Assembly (NCBI GenBank): GCA_049320885.1
Contig: JBMORA010000043.1
Span: forward strand, 9,354-73,353
DNA from: Thermodesulfobacteriota bacterium
GTDB taxonomy: Bacteria; Desulfobacterota; Desulfobacteria; Desulfobacterales; SURF-7
Direction of reading: 5' to 3'
DNA: 64,000 nt
Under the pieces are notes generated by a model. It saw only the letters and a list, made by a program, of their open reading frames with translations. It had not been told where the DNA came from and did no database searches. Shown one piece after another: positions 48,904 through 58,812 of this stretch. The first letter of the stretch is position 1, and every line of letters starts with the position of its first letter. Made by a program: the position numbers and the translations under genes.

Positions 48904-49947
48904 ATGCAATCAAATCAAGGAAAGTCGAAACGGATGAAAACAGGGGAAGTTTCGGTGCGAAAATTTGTTCAAGCCGCATTTTTTCTGCTGACCGTCGGGA
49001 TCGGCCTACAATTCTGGATTCATGTAATCCAGGCCCAACAATCAGGCCCCATAACAGTGCCCCGACCGCCGGGGGTGGAGGGCTTTCTGCCCATCGGCGC
49101 CCTGATGGGCTGGAAACGCTTTTTGCTCACCGGTCAATGGGACCCGGTGCATCCCGCCGCCATGGTGATTTTCGGATACGCGGTCCTTTCCTCGGTTTTG
49201 CTGAGAAAAGCCTTTTGCAGCTGGATCTGTCCGGTGGGCGCCTTTTCCGAGTGGTTGTGGGGCCTGGGCGACAGGTTGGGGCTCAGGCCGCGCACCCCGC
49301 CGAAACTGGTGGACGGCGCCCTGCAACTCCTGAAATATCTGCTGCTGCTGTTTTTCGTCTGGGCCGTCTCCCGCATGGACGCCGGCCAAATCGCCGGATT
49401 CATGGAAAGCCCGTATTACAAGCTCTCCGACGTCAAGATGCTCTTTTTCTTCACCCGCATGACGCTGTTCACCGCCGCAGTGCTGGCGGTTCTGACCCTG
49501 GTGTCCCTGCGGTATAAAAATGTCTGGTGCCGCTATCTGTGTCCCTACGGCGCCCTGCTCGGGCTCTTTTCCTGGCAAAGCCCCACCCGGATCACCCGGG
49601 ATGAAAACCATTGCACCGGCTGCGGACGTTGTGAGAAAGCTTGTCCGGCGGCCTTGCCCGTCGCCGCAAAGGAACGGATCACGAGTCCGGAATGCACCGG
49701 TTGCATGGATTGCACGGCGGCCTGCCCGGTAACCGGGGCACTGGAGCTGAAGAGCGCCGGGTTTGAAAAACGCCCCTGGAACCACCGGCAGCTCGGCGCC
49801 GTGATGGCGGTCGCTTTCATTACGCTGGTGTATCTCGCCACTATTGCCGGCCATTGGCGCGGCGGTATTTCCGAACACGAGTTCCGCATGCGCCTCGTGA
49901 CCATCGATGCGCCCGAAAACACGCATCCAAGCGTCGATTTCAAATAA
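48904..49947 (+). CDS. Membrane 4Fe-4S binding protein (YccM/NapH-like polyferredoxin)
   Basis: RPPGVEGFLPI, FCSWICPVG, WCRYLCPYG, CTGCGRCEKACP, CTGCMDCTAACP. The start may be 48934. Confidence 0.88.
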   Translation: MQSNQGKSKRMKTGEVSVRKFVQAAFFLLTVGIGLQFWIHVIQAQQSGPITVPRPPGVEGFLPIGALMGWKRFLLTGQWDPVHPAAMVIFGYAVLSSVLLRKAFCSWICPVGAFSEWLWGLGDRLGLRPRTPPKLVDGALQLLKYLLLLFFVWAVSRMDAGQIAGFMESPYYKLSDVKMLFFFTRMTLFTAAVLAVLTLVSLRYKNVWCRYLCPYGALLGLFSWQSPTRITRDENHCTGCGRCEKACPAALPVAAKERITSPECTGCMDCTAACPVTGALELKSAGFEKRPWNHRQLGAVMAVAFITLVYLATIAGHWRGGISEHEFRMRLVTIDAPENTHPSVDFK

Positions 49948-49950
49948 CCC

Positions 49951-52224
49951 ATGTACACGGAGGCTGTCATGGCGCCGTCCCCGCTCAATTGTTGGGAATA
50001 CAAGCGCTGCCGGAGGGAGCCCGGAGGCGACCTGGCCGCAACGGCAGGCGTCTGCCCGGCCGCCGCCGATGGTTCCTTCGACGGGCTCAATCGGGGTAAA
50101 AACGCGGGCCGGATATGCTGGGCGGTGAGCGGAACCGTCTGCGATCAACGAACCGACGGCGATTTCCGGCAAAAGCGGGAAGCCTGCGGGAACTGCACCT
50201 TTTTTCAACGGGTGCAGGCGGAAGAAGCGGCGCGGAATCTGGTGACCAAGTTCATGCGTTTCGTGCCCCTGAACGGGAACGGGCCGCCCGCCGTCCAGAT
50301 GGACATCATCCGGGTGAACCAGGGGCAGCGGTTCATCGAGCAGGGCGCGAAAGCCGACTGCGCCTTTCTGATCCGCCGGGGCAGCTGCATCCTGGTCATC
50401 GAGAAAAACAAGGAGTGGATTCCGGTGTCCCATCGCAGCGAAGGCGACTTCGTGGACATGATGGCGCTGCTCACCGGGGAGCCCCACGGCGTGACGGCCG
50501 AAGCCGAATCCGACATGGAGTTGATGATCGTCACGCGGGATCATCTGGGCATGCTCGCCAAGGAGGACCCGGATCTGATGACCCACCTGACGGAGATCGT
50601 GGCCGAGCGCTTCGATTCCGGACGGCCCATGGCCCAGCGCGCCATCGGCAACCACATCGCCACGGAAATCATCGGCCGGGGGGGATACAGCATCGTCTAC
50701 AAAGGCCAAAACACCGTCACCCGGGCTCCGGTGGTCATCAAAATGCTGCGGCATCATCTGGCCATGGAGCCTGAATTTCTGACGGCCTTCCGGAGGGAAG
50801 CCGAAATCATCGCCGGGTTGAATCACCCCCATATCGTCCAGGTGTATGATATCGAGGAGCGGTTTCAGACGGTTTTCATCGTCATGGAATTCCTGGCAGG
50901 CGAGTCGTTGAAGCAAACATGCAGCCGTCCGGGCGGGCTTTCTTATGTCGAGGTCGAGGAGATTCTCATCCAGATCGCCGAAGGATTGCGGTACGCCCAT
51001 GAAACCGGGATCATTCACCGGGATATCAATCCAGCCAACATCCATATTCTTCCCGGAAACGTCGTCAAAATTCTCGATTTCGGTCTGGCCTGCCCCATCG
51101 GTACGGAAAACACCGACACCCTGGGCACCCTGCAGTATTCGGCCCCGGAACAAATCGACGGGGATATCGCCGATGAACGGACGGACCTGTACGCCCTCGG
51201 GTTGACCGCCTATGAGATGGTCACCGGCCGGCCGCCGTTTGCGGAAATGGAGATCACCGAGCAGGTCAAACGCCGGTTACGGGAGGAGATTCCGGATCCG
51301 GCCCTGGTCCGCCCCGACATACCGGAGCACCTGCGCGCAGCGATCCTCAAGGCCTGCCGGCGGGAACCCCGGGAACGGTATGCCTTCGCCGGAGATCTCC
51401 TGGCAGCTCTGAGGACCGGTAACAGGAAACAGATGCAACGATCCGAAAAGAAGACATGGAACCGCCGAACAACCGCAGGAAAACCGTCCCGGATGGACGT
51501 TTGTCGGAAAACCGCCAGGGCCCATGGGGAATCGTTGCAGGGCAAAGGCCGCCGCCGCAACGACGATTGCCACATCATCCGTCCCCTTCCGGGCGACAGC
51601 GTTCTCCTGGCCGTCGCCGACGGCATGGGCGGAGAAAACGGCGGCTTCCTCGCCGCCGGAATGGTTTGCCGCCGGTTGCGCGAGGCGCCGCTGCTTCCCC
51701 CGGATATCAACGGGAGCCTCCTTGGCGCACTGCTGACGAAGGCGGACAAGGAGATTGCCCGGTTCGCCCGCGCCAATCCCGAATACCAGGATATGGGCAC
51801 CACGGCCACGGTGGTGGTTGCGGCAACGGGAACGGCATTCTGGGCCCATGCGGGTGACAGCCGCCTGTGTCTCTTCCGGAACGGACAACTCATCCAGATC
51901 ACCCGGGATCAAAACATGGCTCAATTCCTGGTGGAAGAAGGCCGGATTGCATCCCGGGAAGCGGGGCGCCACCCGGCCGCACATTTGCTGGAGCAGTGTC
52001 TGGGTCAGGGGGATTGCCGGCCGGATGGCGGCGAATTCAAGACGGCGGCCGGGGATTATCTGTTGCTGTCCACGGACGGCCTGCACGACACCCTTTCCGA
52101 GCGACAAATCCGCTCCATCCTGTTGTCCACGGCCGCCTGGCAAGATATCCCCGCGGCCTTGACCCGCCGGGCCCGCGCCGCCGGAGCAACCGATGACATC
52201 AGCGCGGTGATACTGCGGATATGA
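49951..52224 (+). CDS. Two-CW domain + cNMP-binding + Ser/Thr kinase + PP2C phosphatase fusion protein
   Basis: NCWEYKRC..CPA..ICW..C..CGNC; cNMP fold (FIEQG...GDFV); kinase GRGGYS, VIK, HRDINPAN, DFG, APE; PP2C RRRNDD, VADGMGG, GTT, GDSR, STDGL, DDIS. Confidence 0.88.
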   Translation: MYTEAVMAPSPLNCWEYKRCRREPGGDLAATAGVCPAAADGSFDGLNRGKNAGRICWAVSGTVCDQRTDGDFRQKREACGNCTFFQRVQAEEAARNLVTKFMRFVPLNGNGPPAVQMDIIRVNQGQRFIEQGAKADCAFLIRRGSCILVIEKNKEWIPVSHRSEGDFVDMMALLTGEPHGVTAEAESDMELMIVTRDHLGMLAKEDPDLMTHLTEIVAERFDSGRPMAQRAIGNHIATEIIGRGGYSIVYKGQNTVTRAPVVIKMLRHHLAMEPEFLTAFRREAEIIAGLNHPHIVQVYDIEERFQTVFIVMEFLAGESLKQTCSRPGGLSYVEVEEILIQIAEGLRYAHETGIIHRDINPANIHILPGNVVKILDFGLACPIGTENTDTLGTLQYSAPEQIDGDIADERTDLYALGLTAYEMVTGRPPFAEMEITEQVKRRLREEIPDPALVRPDIPEHLRAAILKACRREPRERYAFAGDLLAALRTGNRKQMQRSEKKTWNRRTTAGKPSRMDVCRKTARAHGESLQGKGRRRNDDCHIIRPLPGDSVLLAVADGMGGENGGFLAAGMVCRRLREAPLLPPDINGSLLGALLTKADKEIARFARANPEYQDMGTTATVVVAATGTAFWAHAGDSRLCLFRNGQLIQITRDQNMAQFLVEEGRIASREAGRHPAAHLLEQCLGQGDCRPDGGEFKTAAGDYLLLSTDGLHDTLSERQIRSILLSTAAWQDIPAALTRRARAAGATDDISAVILRI

Positions 52225-52263
52225 CGGTTGGGCGGTGACCGGAAGCCCGGCTAGGGTTCCGCG

Positions 52264-52812
52264 TCAGACGGATTGCCGCATGTCATGGATAAGAGTACGA
52301 AATTGTTCGTCAATAATATCTTGTCCGGTTCCTTCGGTCTCTGCCTGGAACAGGGAAAGCAGGTGCTCATTTTCCCCGGGGGTCAGGACCTTTTCAGCTG
52401 CCGGAAAAAACAGATGATCCTCCGTATGAATATGGCGTTTCAACAAAGAGATATAGGTGGCAAGAGCTTCCAGGATGGTGGTGGCCGCCAGCCCCTCACC
52501 CCGGGAATACAGCGGCAGGGCGTTCTCGATTTCGGCGGCGCACCGCCGACACCGCTCATGCTGATACCTCAGGGCGCTGATTTCGGCCTGAAACTCCCCC
52601 CGGTGTTTCCGGGCCAGCAACCCGAACAACAGGAATTCTTCCTTGTAATGATGATGCTTGTCCGCAAACCGGCGCATGCCTTCCAGGGCTTTCTGAAAAA
52701 ATACCGCTTCCGGAGAAGCGCCTGCTTCCATTTTCTCCCGGGCGTCGATCAAGACATCCGTCATCTGGAGAATCAACCGGTGTTCCTGTTTCAGCAGCCG
52801 GGTGACGTTCAT
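52264..52812 (-). CDS. Hemerythrin (HHE) domain protein
   Basis: EHRLI, HHHYKEE, HE, HIHTEDHLFFP. GAGGAG RBS. Confidence 0.88.
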   Translation of the reverse strand: MNVTRLLKQEHRLILQMTDVLIDAREKMEAGASPEAVFFQKALEGMRRFADKHHHYKEEFLLFGLLARKHRGEFQAEISALRYQHERCRRCAAEIENALPLYSRGEGLAATTILEALATYISLLKRHIHTEDHLFFPAAEKVLTPGENEHLLSLFQAETEGTGQDIIDEQFRTLIHDMRQSV

Positions 52813-52964
52813 ATACACTCCTCAATGGATATATACCAATGGGTTCAACCGCCGGAAGGCGATCGGCCGGAGGAGAAGAGCCGGCTTGTTTTCCATTTCA
52901 GCATGGTTACTTTCCTAAGTATCCATTCCAAAGCAACACGATAATCCTGTTGAAAGGAGCGCCG

Positions 52965-53516
52965 ATGGTCCATATAAGAAACCGACAAGTCCTGTTCTGC
53001 CTGTCCGCGGCATTGGTGATCTTCCTGATCGACCTGATGATCCCGCTGGGCGTTGCCGGCGGTGTCCCCTACATCGTCGTGATCCTCATCGCCGCCCGGT
53101 ATCCGGATAACCGGTTTGTGATATCCATGGCGAGTCTGACCAGCCTGCTGACGATCCTGGGCTATTTCTGGTCACCCCCGGGCGGCGAAGCCTGGAAAGT
53201 ATACGCCAACAGAAGCCTGGCAGTATTCGCTGTCTGGACCACGGCCGTGTTGAGCCTGCAAAAGAAAACCGAAGAAAAGGCCAAGGAACGCGCCGTCGCC
53301 GAACGGGAAAAAGCCCTGAACGAAATCAAAATTCTCAAGGGCATGCTGCCCATATGCGCCTCCTGCAAGAAGATCCGCGACGATCAGGGAAATTGGCATG
53401 CCCTGGAAAGCTACATCCATCAGAACTCCGAAGCCATGTTCAGCCACGGCGTCTGCCCGGACTGCATCAGAACCCTTTATCCAGGCCTGGCCAAGAAACT
53501 GAACCTGCCGGAGTGA
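52965..53516 (+). CDS. Small membrane protein with a C-terminal CxxC...CxxC tail
   Basis: AAGGAG RBS; about four TM segments (PLGVAGGVPY, NR motif); coiled coil; LPICASCKKIRDD...SHGVCPDC. Confidence 0.75.
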   Translation: MVHIRNRQVLFCLSAALVIFLIDLMIPLGVAGGVPYIVVILIAARYPDNRFVISMASLTSLLTILGYFWSPPGGEAWKVYANRSLAVFAVWTTAVLSLQKKTEEKAKERAVAEREKALNEIKILKGMLPICASCKKIRDDQGNWHALESYIHQNSEAMFSHGVCPDCIRTLYPGLAKKLNLPE

Positions 53517-53538
53517 ACGTAGCGGCTTGATTCGCCGA

Positions 53539-54402
53539 TCAGGCGATTCCCCGCGACCGGAGCAGCGGCATGGGATCGATCAGATGCCGCTTGAACCATT
53601 GGCCGCGGACGGGAATGCCGTAAGCCACAGCCAGCAGTTCCGAAAAATGAAACACCGGCCGTTTGTCCGGGATGCGGCAACGGATCTCCAGGTTCAGATG
53701 GCACATGGCGCAGGCGGTCACCAGGCATTCGGCATCCGCTGCCACGGCGTCCTGCATGATCCGGTCCACCAGGGAGGCTGCCACTTCCGGCCGGGCCGCG
53801 GATAAAAACGTGCCGCAACATTTGGTGGCATGGTTCCAGGAGGTCGGTTCCGCGCCGAACCGTGTCAACACTTTTTCCATCAAGCCGAAATGGGCGTTTT
53901 TCAGCGCCGGCGTCGTGCGCAGGATCGGCGGCCGGGACAACATGCAGCCGTAATAGGGCGCGAACCGGAGCCCGTTCAAGGATTGCCGGATCTCCGGCTG
54001 AAACCGCCGCTTGTCCGCAAGGATTTCGAAAAAGCTCACAATGTCGAGTCCGTCATCCACCGGACGCTTCCAGCGCCGCTCATAATCCTCCCGGGCGGCC
54101 GCATCGGCTTTCAACTGTTCATGGGCGGTTTTCAACCGCAGATAGCAGCTGGGACAGGCAGCCAGCAGGGGGCGGCCAGCCGGGGCCAGGGACAGATTCC
54201 GGCAGGCCAGCTGGAAGGCGAGGCCGGTGTTGATGCTGTGGGTCGAGGAACTGCCGCAGCAATTCCAGTCCGGCAGTTCCAGCAGGTCCATGCCCATCCG
54301 GTCGCAGACGGCGATCAGGGTCTGGTTGTTCTCCCTGGCCGTGGTGGCCATGGAGCAGCCGGGAAAATAGGAAATGGGCGTGAGATCCGTTTTCGGTTTC
54401 AT
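53539..54402 (-). CDS. hdrB: Heterodisulfide reductase subunit B-like (CCG domains)
   Basis: YFPGC, WNCCG, ACPSC, YYGC, KCCG, TACAMC. Confidence 0.9.
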   Translation of the reverse strand: MKPKTDLTPISYFPGCSMATTARENNQTLIAVCDRMGMDLLELPDWNCCGSSSTHSINTGLAFQLACRNLSLAPAGRPLLAACPSCYLRLKTAHEQLKADAAAREDYERRWKRPVDDGLDIVSFFEILADKRRFQPEIRQSLNGLRFAPYYGCMLSRPPILRTTPALKNAHFGLMEKVLTRFGAEPTSWNHATKCCGTFLSAARPEVAASLVDRIMQDAVAADAECLVTACAMCHLNLEIRCRIPDKRPVFHFSELLAVAYGIPVRGQWFKRHLIDPMPLLRSRGIA

Positions 54403-54403
54403 C

Positions 54404-54979
54404 TCAATCCCTTTCCCCGAATTCCCTGAACAGGTTCTGAATGGTTTCCGGCCGCGTGATCTTCGAAGGCAACAGATCGAGCTTCCGTTTGGCCAGCATC
54501 TTCAGCCCGATATCCATGTCCGAGAACAAATCCCGCTGGCTGAGCTTGTGCCGCATCATGATCTCGAGTTTATGAGTGCGGCCGTATTTTTGAATGGAAT
54601 GCAGCACCGCCCGATGAAAACCGAGAATCGCCGGTTCGGCGATGCGGGCTTTTTCCTCGATGGCCGTCTCGCGCAAGGCGTCCATCAGGGCCGGAATATC
54701 GATGCCCTGGGGGCAGGCGATGGAGCACGTGTTGCACCCCATGCACAACCAGATGTCCGGTGCTTCCAGAACCTCTTGTGCAAGACCGTATTGCACCAGC
54801 CGGATAATCCCGTTGGGACGATAGCGCATGGCCTCGGCGACCGGACAGCCGCCGGCGCAGGTCAGGCATTGCAGGCAACGCCCGAAATTCTCACCGCTCT
54901 TTGCGATCATCCGGCGGCAAAACGAATTGCCCGGCTGAATGATTGCATTTTTCGGATTTATGTGCTTTGTAGTTTTCAT
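54404..54979 (-). CDS. hdrC: Heterodisulfide reductase subunit C-like
   Basis: CLQCLTCAGGCP and WLCMGCNTCSIACP; adjacent to hdrB. Confidence 0.9.
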   Translation of the reverse strand: MKTTKHINPKNAIIQPGNSFCRRMIAKSGENFGRCLQCLTCAGGCPVAEAMRYRPNGIIRLVQYGLAQEVLEAPDIWLCMGCNTCSIACPQGIDIPALMDALRETAIEEKARIAEPAILGFHRAVLHSIQKYGRTHKLEIMMRHKLSQRDLFSDMDIGLKMLAKRKLDLLPSKITRPETIQNLFREFGERD

Positions 54980-55014
54980 ACTTGAATAGTATGATATAAA
55001 GACGGCGCGAATCC

Positions 55015-55064
55015 TTGACCCAGGTCAAAAATAAAAAATATTTCTTTCATTTGACTTACGTCAA
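55015..55064. promoter_or_regulatory. Tandem FNR/HcpR-type palindromes in the divergent hdrC/rnfC promoter region
   Basis: TTGAC-CCAG-GTCAA (55015-55028) and TTGAC-TTAC-GTCAA (55051-55064), 36 bp apart and separated by an AT tract. Confidence 0.78.
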
Positions 55065-55140
55065 AAACATTCCACCGTTTCCGTTGTACCAATATGCCGG
55101 AAAGATAACAACCCATATCTCAATGCGGAGATCGAGAGCC

Positions 55141-56511
55141 ATGCTGGCATTCCTGTTTCAAAATCCCATTCCGGGTCCGGGCACCTTCCCCCGCGGCGTC
55201 CATCCCCCCACGCGGAAGACCTTGACCTGCGGCACCGCCGTCGAGGTGCTGCCGACGCCGGACACCATCGTGCTGCCGCTCCAGCAACATATCGGTGCCC
55301 CTTGCGAAATGATCGTGAAAGCCCGGCAAACGGTGACCTACGGCCAGATGGTGGCCCGCAGCGACGCGCTGATTTCCGCTTCCCTGCACGCGCCGGTTTC
55401 CGGTAAAATCGCGAAACCCGTGGCCGTCACCCTGCCCAACGGCCGGCACATGATGGCCGTCGTCATCCAACCGGAAGGGGAACAGCCCGGCGGCCGGGAA
55501 CTCCTGGAAGATATGTTTTCCGCCGACTGGCCCACAACCATCGGTGCTGATCCGCCGCCGGACGCCATCAGCCGGATGATCCGGGAAGCGGGTATCGTCG
55601 GACTGGGCGGCGCGGCCTTTCCGACCCACGTCAAGATCGCGCCCAACGAACGCAAACCAGTCAATGCCCTGCTGGTCAACGGCTGCGAGTGCGAACCGTA
55701 TCTCACCGCCGACGACCGGCTGATGCAGGAGTTCCCGGCGCCGATCGTCACCGGGGCCCTGTATGCAGCCCGCTCCATCGGCGCGGAACGGATTTATGTC
55801 TGCATCGAATCCAATAAACCCGCGGCCGTGGAGGCCCTCCGGCGGGCGGCGGCGGGGACCGGCATCATCGTCGCCGTGCTGAAGACCAAATACCCCCAGG
55901 GCAGCGAACGGCACCTGATCAAGGCGGTTACCGACCGGGTGATCCCCCTGGGCGGCCTGCCGGCCGATGTGGGCGTGGCGGTGAGCAATGTGGGAACCAT
56001 GGCGGCGGTGGCCAGGGCAGTGGTGAAAGGCCGGCCCCTCACCCATCGGATCGTCTGCGTCACGGGCCGGGGAATCCGGCATCCCAAAAATCTCCTGGTT
56101 CCCGTGGGCGCGCGGTATCGGGATTTGATCGAGTACTGCGGCGGATTGACCAAGGATGCGGCCCGGCTCGTTTCCGGAGGGCCGATGATGGGGTTTGCCT
56201 TCACCGACCAGGACATGCCGATCACCAAAGGCACCGGGGGCCTGACCGTTCTGACCCGGGAGGACATCAAGCGCCGGGAAGAAACCGCCTGTATCCGCTG
56301 CGGTCGCTGCGTGGATGTCTGCCCCATGCATCTCGTGCCCGCGAAGCTGGCCCAGGCCGCGAAAAACAAGGATATCGGGCTCGCGGAACAATACAACATC
56401 ATGGGCTGCATGGAGTCCGGCTGCTGCGGGTATGTCTGTCCGGCCAACATCCCCCTGGTCCAGTTCATCCGCATGGGCAAGGCCATGGTGATGGCGGAAA
56501 AACGAAAATAA
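55141..56511 (+). CDS. rnfC: Rnf complex subunit C
   Basis: QQHIGAP, GLGGAAFPTH, NGCECEPYL, KYPQGSE, GGPMMG, CIRCGRC, CMESGCC. The start is uncertain. Confidence 0.95.
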   Translation: MLAFLFQNPIPGPGTFPRGVHPPTRKTLTCGTAVEVLPTPDTIVLPLQQHIGAPCEMIVKARQTVTYGQMVARSDALISASLHAPVSGKIAKPVAVTLPNGRHMMAVVIQPEGEQPGGRELLEDMFSADWPTTIGADPPPDAISRMIREAGIVGLGGAAFPTHVKIAPNERKPVNALLVNGCECEPYLTADDRLMQEFPAPIVTGALYAARSIGAERIYVCIESNKPAAVEALRRAAAGTGIIVAVLKTKYPQGSERHLIKAVTDRVIPLGGLPADVGVAVSNVGTMAAVARAVVKGRPLTHRIVCVTGRGIRHPKNLLVPVGARYRDLIEYCGGLTKDAARLVSGGPMMGFAFTDQDMPITKGTGGLTVLTREDIKRREETACIRCGRCVDVCPMHLVPAKLAQAAKNKDIGLAEQYNIMGCMESGCCGYVCPANIPLVQFIRMGKAMVMAEKRK

Positions 56512-56535
56512 CCCTTCAACGAAGGAAAGCGCTGA

Positions 56536-57537
56536 ATGAACCAACCCGTTCCATCAACCGCGGAAGCTGCGGCAACACCCGTCCTGCATGTCGCGCATTC
56601 GCCGCATATCCATACCGAAGGCGTAACCACCCGGCGCATGATGTTCGATGTAATCCTCGCGCTGGCGCCGGTGACGGGCATGGCGGTATTCATGTTCCGC
56701 TGGTACGCCGTCAAACAAATGCTGATCTGCCTGGCCGGTTGCCTGGCGGCCGAGGCGCTATTCACCGTCATGCGACGGCGTCGGCCGCCACTCACGGATC
56801 TGTCGGCCGGCGTCACGGGATTGATCCTGGGGCTCTCGCTGCCGGCCACGGCTCCCTGGTACGTGGGCCTGATCGCCTCCGTCACGGCCATCGGCGTGGG
56901 CAAAACCATTTTCGGCGGGCTCGGTATGAACCTCTTCAATCCGGCCATGGTGGGACGGGCTTTTGTGATGATCGCCTTCGCCGGTTTGATGGCCGCCGGC
57001 GGGTTCGAGGATCCGGCAAGCTCCATCGACGCCATGACCCGGGCCACCCCTCTCACGGCCTTCAAGCAATCGGGCGTCGCCACGCCCCTTGTGGATCTGT
57101 TCCTCGGATTCACCAATGGATGTCCGGGTGAGATCAGCGCCTTTGCCTGCCTGCTCGGCGGTCTGTATCTCTGCCTGCGCCGCACCGCCTCCTGGGAAAT
57201 CCCCGCCGGCGTCATCATCGCCGCCTTTCTTGTCGGCGGTCTTTCAGACCTGCTGCAATTCGGATGGCGCATGGACGGGGCGGGCTGGACGGTCCTGCAC
57301 CATCTGGGCAGCGGCGCCCTGATGTTCGGCGCCTTCTTCATCGCCACCGACCCGGTGACCAGTCCCCTTTCGCCCAGGGGAAAATTGGTTTTCGGCGTCG
57401 GCGTTGGCCTGCTGGTCATGGTATTACGCCTCTTCAGCGGCTACCCGGAGGGAGTCATGTTCGCGGTGCTGATCATGAACGCCTTGACCCCGCTGATCAA
57501 CCGCGTTACCCGCCCCAAAACCATGGGGGAATCATGA
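56536..57537 (+). CDS. rnfD: Rnf complex subunit D
   Basis: SPHI, FGGLGMNLFNPA, TRATPL (FMN Thr), ATDPVTSP, YPEGV. Confidence 0.95.
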   Translation: MNQPVPSTAEAAATPVLHVAHSPHIHTEGVTTRRMMFDVILALAPVTGMAVFMFRWYAVKQMLICLAGCLAAEALFTVMRRRRPPLTDLSAGVTGLILGLSLPATAPWYVGLIASVTAIGVGKTIFGGLGMNLFNPAMVGRAFVMIAFAGLMAAGGFEDPASSIDAMTRATPLTAFKQSGVATPLVDLFLGFTNGCPGEISAFACLLGGLYLCLRRTASWEIPAGVIIAAFLVGGLSDLLQFGWRMDGAGWTVLHHLGSGALMFGAFFIATDPVTSPLSPRGKLVFGVGVGLLVMVLRLFSGYPEGVMFAVLIMNALTPLINRVTRPKTMGES

Positions 57538-58184
57538 ACATGACAAATGGAAACCGAACGTCCTATCTGCTCCAGGCTTGGCTCGTCATCGCCCTGGCGG
57601 CCTGTTCCGGAACCCTGCTCGCCCTGGCCCAGATCCGGCTTTCTCCGGTGATCGAAGCGAACAAACTGAAGGAAACCCTGACCCACGTGCCTTCCCTCGT
57701 CTACGGCGACCAGGTTCCGGAGCCGCCGGCTTTCGAAATCCGCAAACTGGCCGTGGCAGGAAGCGGGAAAACCCATGCGGTCTATGAAGCCAGGCTGAAC
57801 GGCAATATCGGCGGCTGGGTGGTGGCCGCTTCCGGACAGGGGTATGCCGGACCCATCGAATTGCTCATCGGGTTGAGTCCCCGCCTCGATACCGTCACCG
57901 GCCTCTATGTGCTGATGCAGCAGGAAACCCCCGGACTCGGCAGCAAGATCGCGGAGGAGGCGTTTCGGGGTCAATTCATCGGGAAACCGGCCACCGGCGA
58001 ACTTACGGCTGTTGCCAAAGGCAAAACAGCCGGAAACGCCATCGATGCGGTGACCGGCGCCACCATCTCCTCCCGCAGCGTCTGCGCCATCGTCAATGAA
58101 GCCGTTGCGGATCTGCGGGAGCCCTTGCGCACGATGGACCTTCCCCAACAACCCCTGACCACGACAAAGGGAGCGGAAAAATGA
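57534..58184 (+). CDS. rnfG: Rnf complex subunit G
   Basis: One [27 protein letters not shown] overlaps the rnfD stop. Confidence 0.93.
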   Translation: MNMTNGNRTSYLLQAWLVIALAACSGTLLALAQIRLSPVIEANKLKETLTHVPSLVYGDQVPEPPAFEIRKLAVAGSGKTHAVYEARLNGNIGGWVVAASGQGYAGPIELLIGLSPRLDTVTGLYVLMQQETPGLGSKIAEEAFRGQFIGKPATGELTAVAKGKTAGNAIDAVTGATISSRSVCAIVNEAVADLREPLRTMDLPQQPLTTTKGAEK

Positions 58185-58801
58185 ACCAGCAACCCACCGC
58201 CATGGAACGATTTCTGTCGGGAATTCTTCCGGAAAACCCGGTCTACCGGCAGCTGCTGGGCCTGTGCCCGACCCTGGCGGTCACCAACAACCTGAAAGGC
58301 GCGGCCACCATGGCCGGCGCGGTGCTGTTCGTCCTGCTGTGCTCCAACGTGATCATCAGTCTGATCCGGGGGCTGCTCAAGCCGCACCTGCGCATCATCG
58401 TCTTCACCCTCACCATCGCCACCTTCGTCACCCTGGTGGATCGGCTGCTGTCGGCCTATCTGTACGCCATGAGCAAGCAGCTGGGGCCCTATATTCCGCT
58501 GATCATCGTCAATTGCATCATCATCTGCCGCTGCGAAGTCTGCGCCTCGAAGCAGTCGGTGCCGAAAGCCGCGGCCGATGCCGTCGGGCAATCCCTGGGA
58601 TTCGCCATCGCCCTTTTCAGCATCGCCGCGCCGCGGGAATTGCTGGGCGCCGGCAGCCTGTTCGGCATCCGGGTGCTTCCCGCGAGCTGGCCGGACTGGG
58701 TCATCATGGTGTTGCCGCCGGGGGCCTTTCTGACCCTCGGCCTGCTGCTGGGCGCCGTCAACTGGATCGTGTCGCTGCGGCCCAAAACCGCCAAACCCTG
58801 A
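58181..58801 (+). CDS. rnfE: Rnf complex subunit E
   Basis: [27 protein letters not shown]. Confidence 0.95.
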   Translation: MNQQPTAMERFLSGILPENPVYRQLLGLCPTLAVTNNLKGAATMAGAVLFVLLCSNVIISLIRGLLKPHLRIIVFTLTIATFVTLVDRLLSAYLYAMSKQLGPYIPLIIVNCIIICRCEVCASKQSVPKAAADAVGQSLGFAIALFSIAAPRELLGAGSLFGIRVLPASWPDWVIMVLPPGAFLTLGLLLGAVNWIVSLRPKTAKP

Positions 58802-58812
58802 AGGAAGCATCC

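Noticed and set aside
49042..51153. 703-aa minus-strand ORF over the polyferredoxin and kinase genes
   Set aside because: Antisense to well-supported genes and has no motifs.
55015..55140. N-terminal extension of rnfC from TTG 55015
   Set aside because: It runs through the AT-rich promoter region and regulator boxes, so it is probably non-coding.
55120..57419. 474-aa and 541-aa ORFs antisense to rnfC/rnfD
   Set aside because: Shadow ORFs of the rnf genes.
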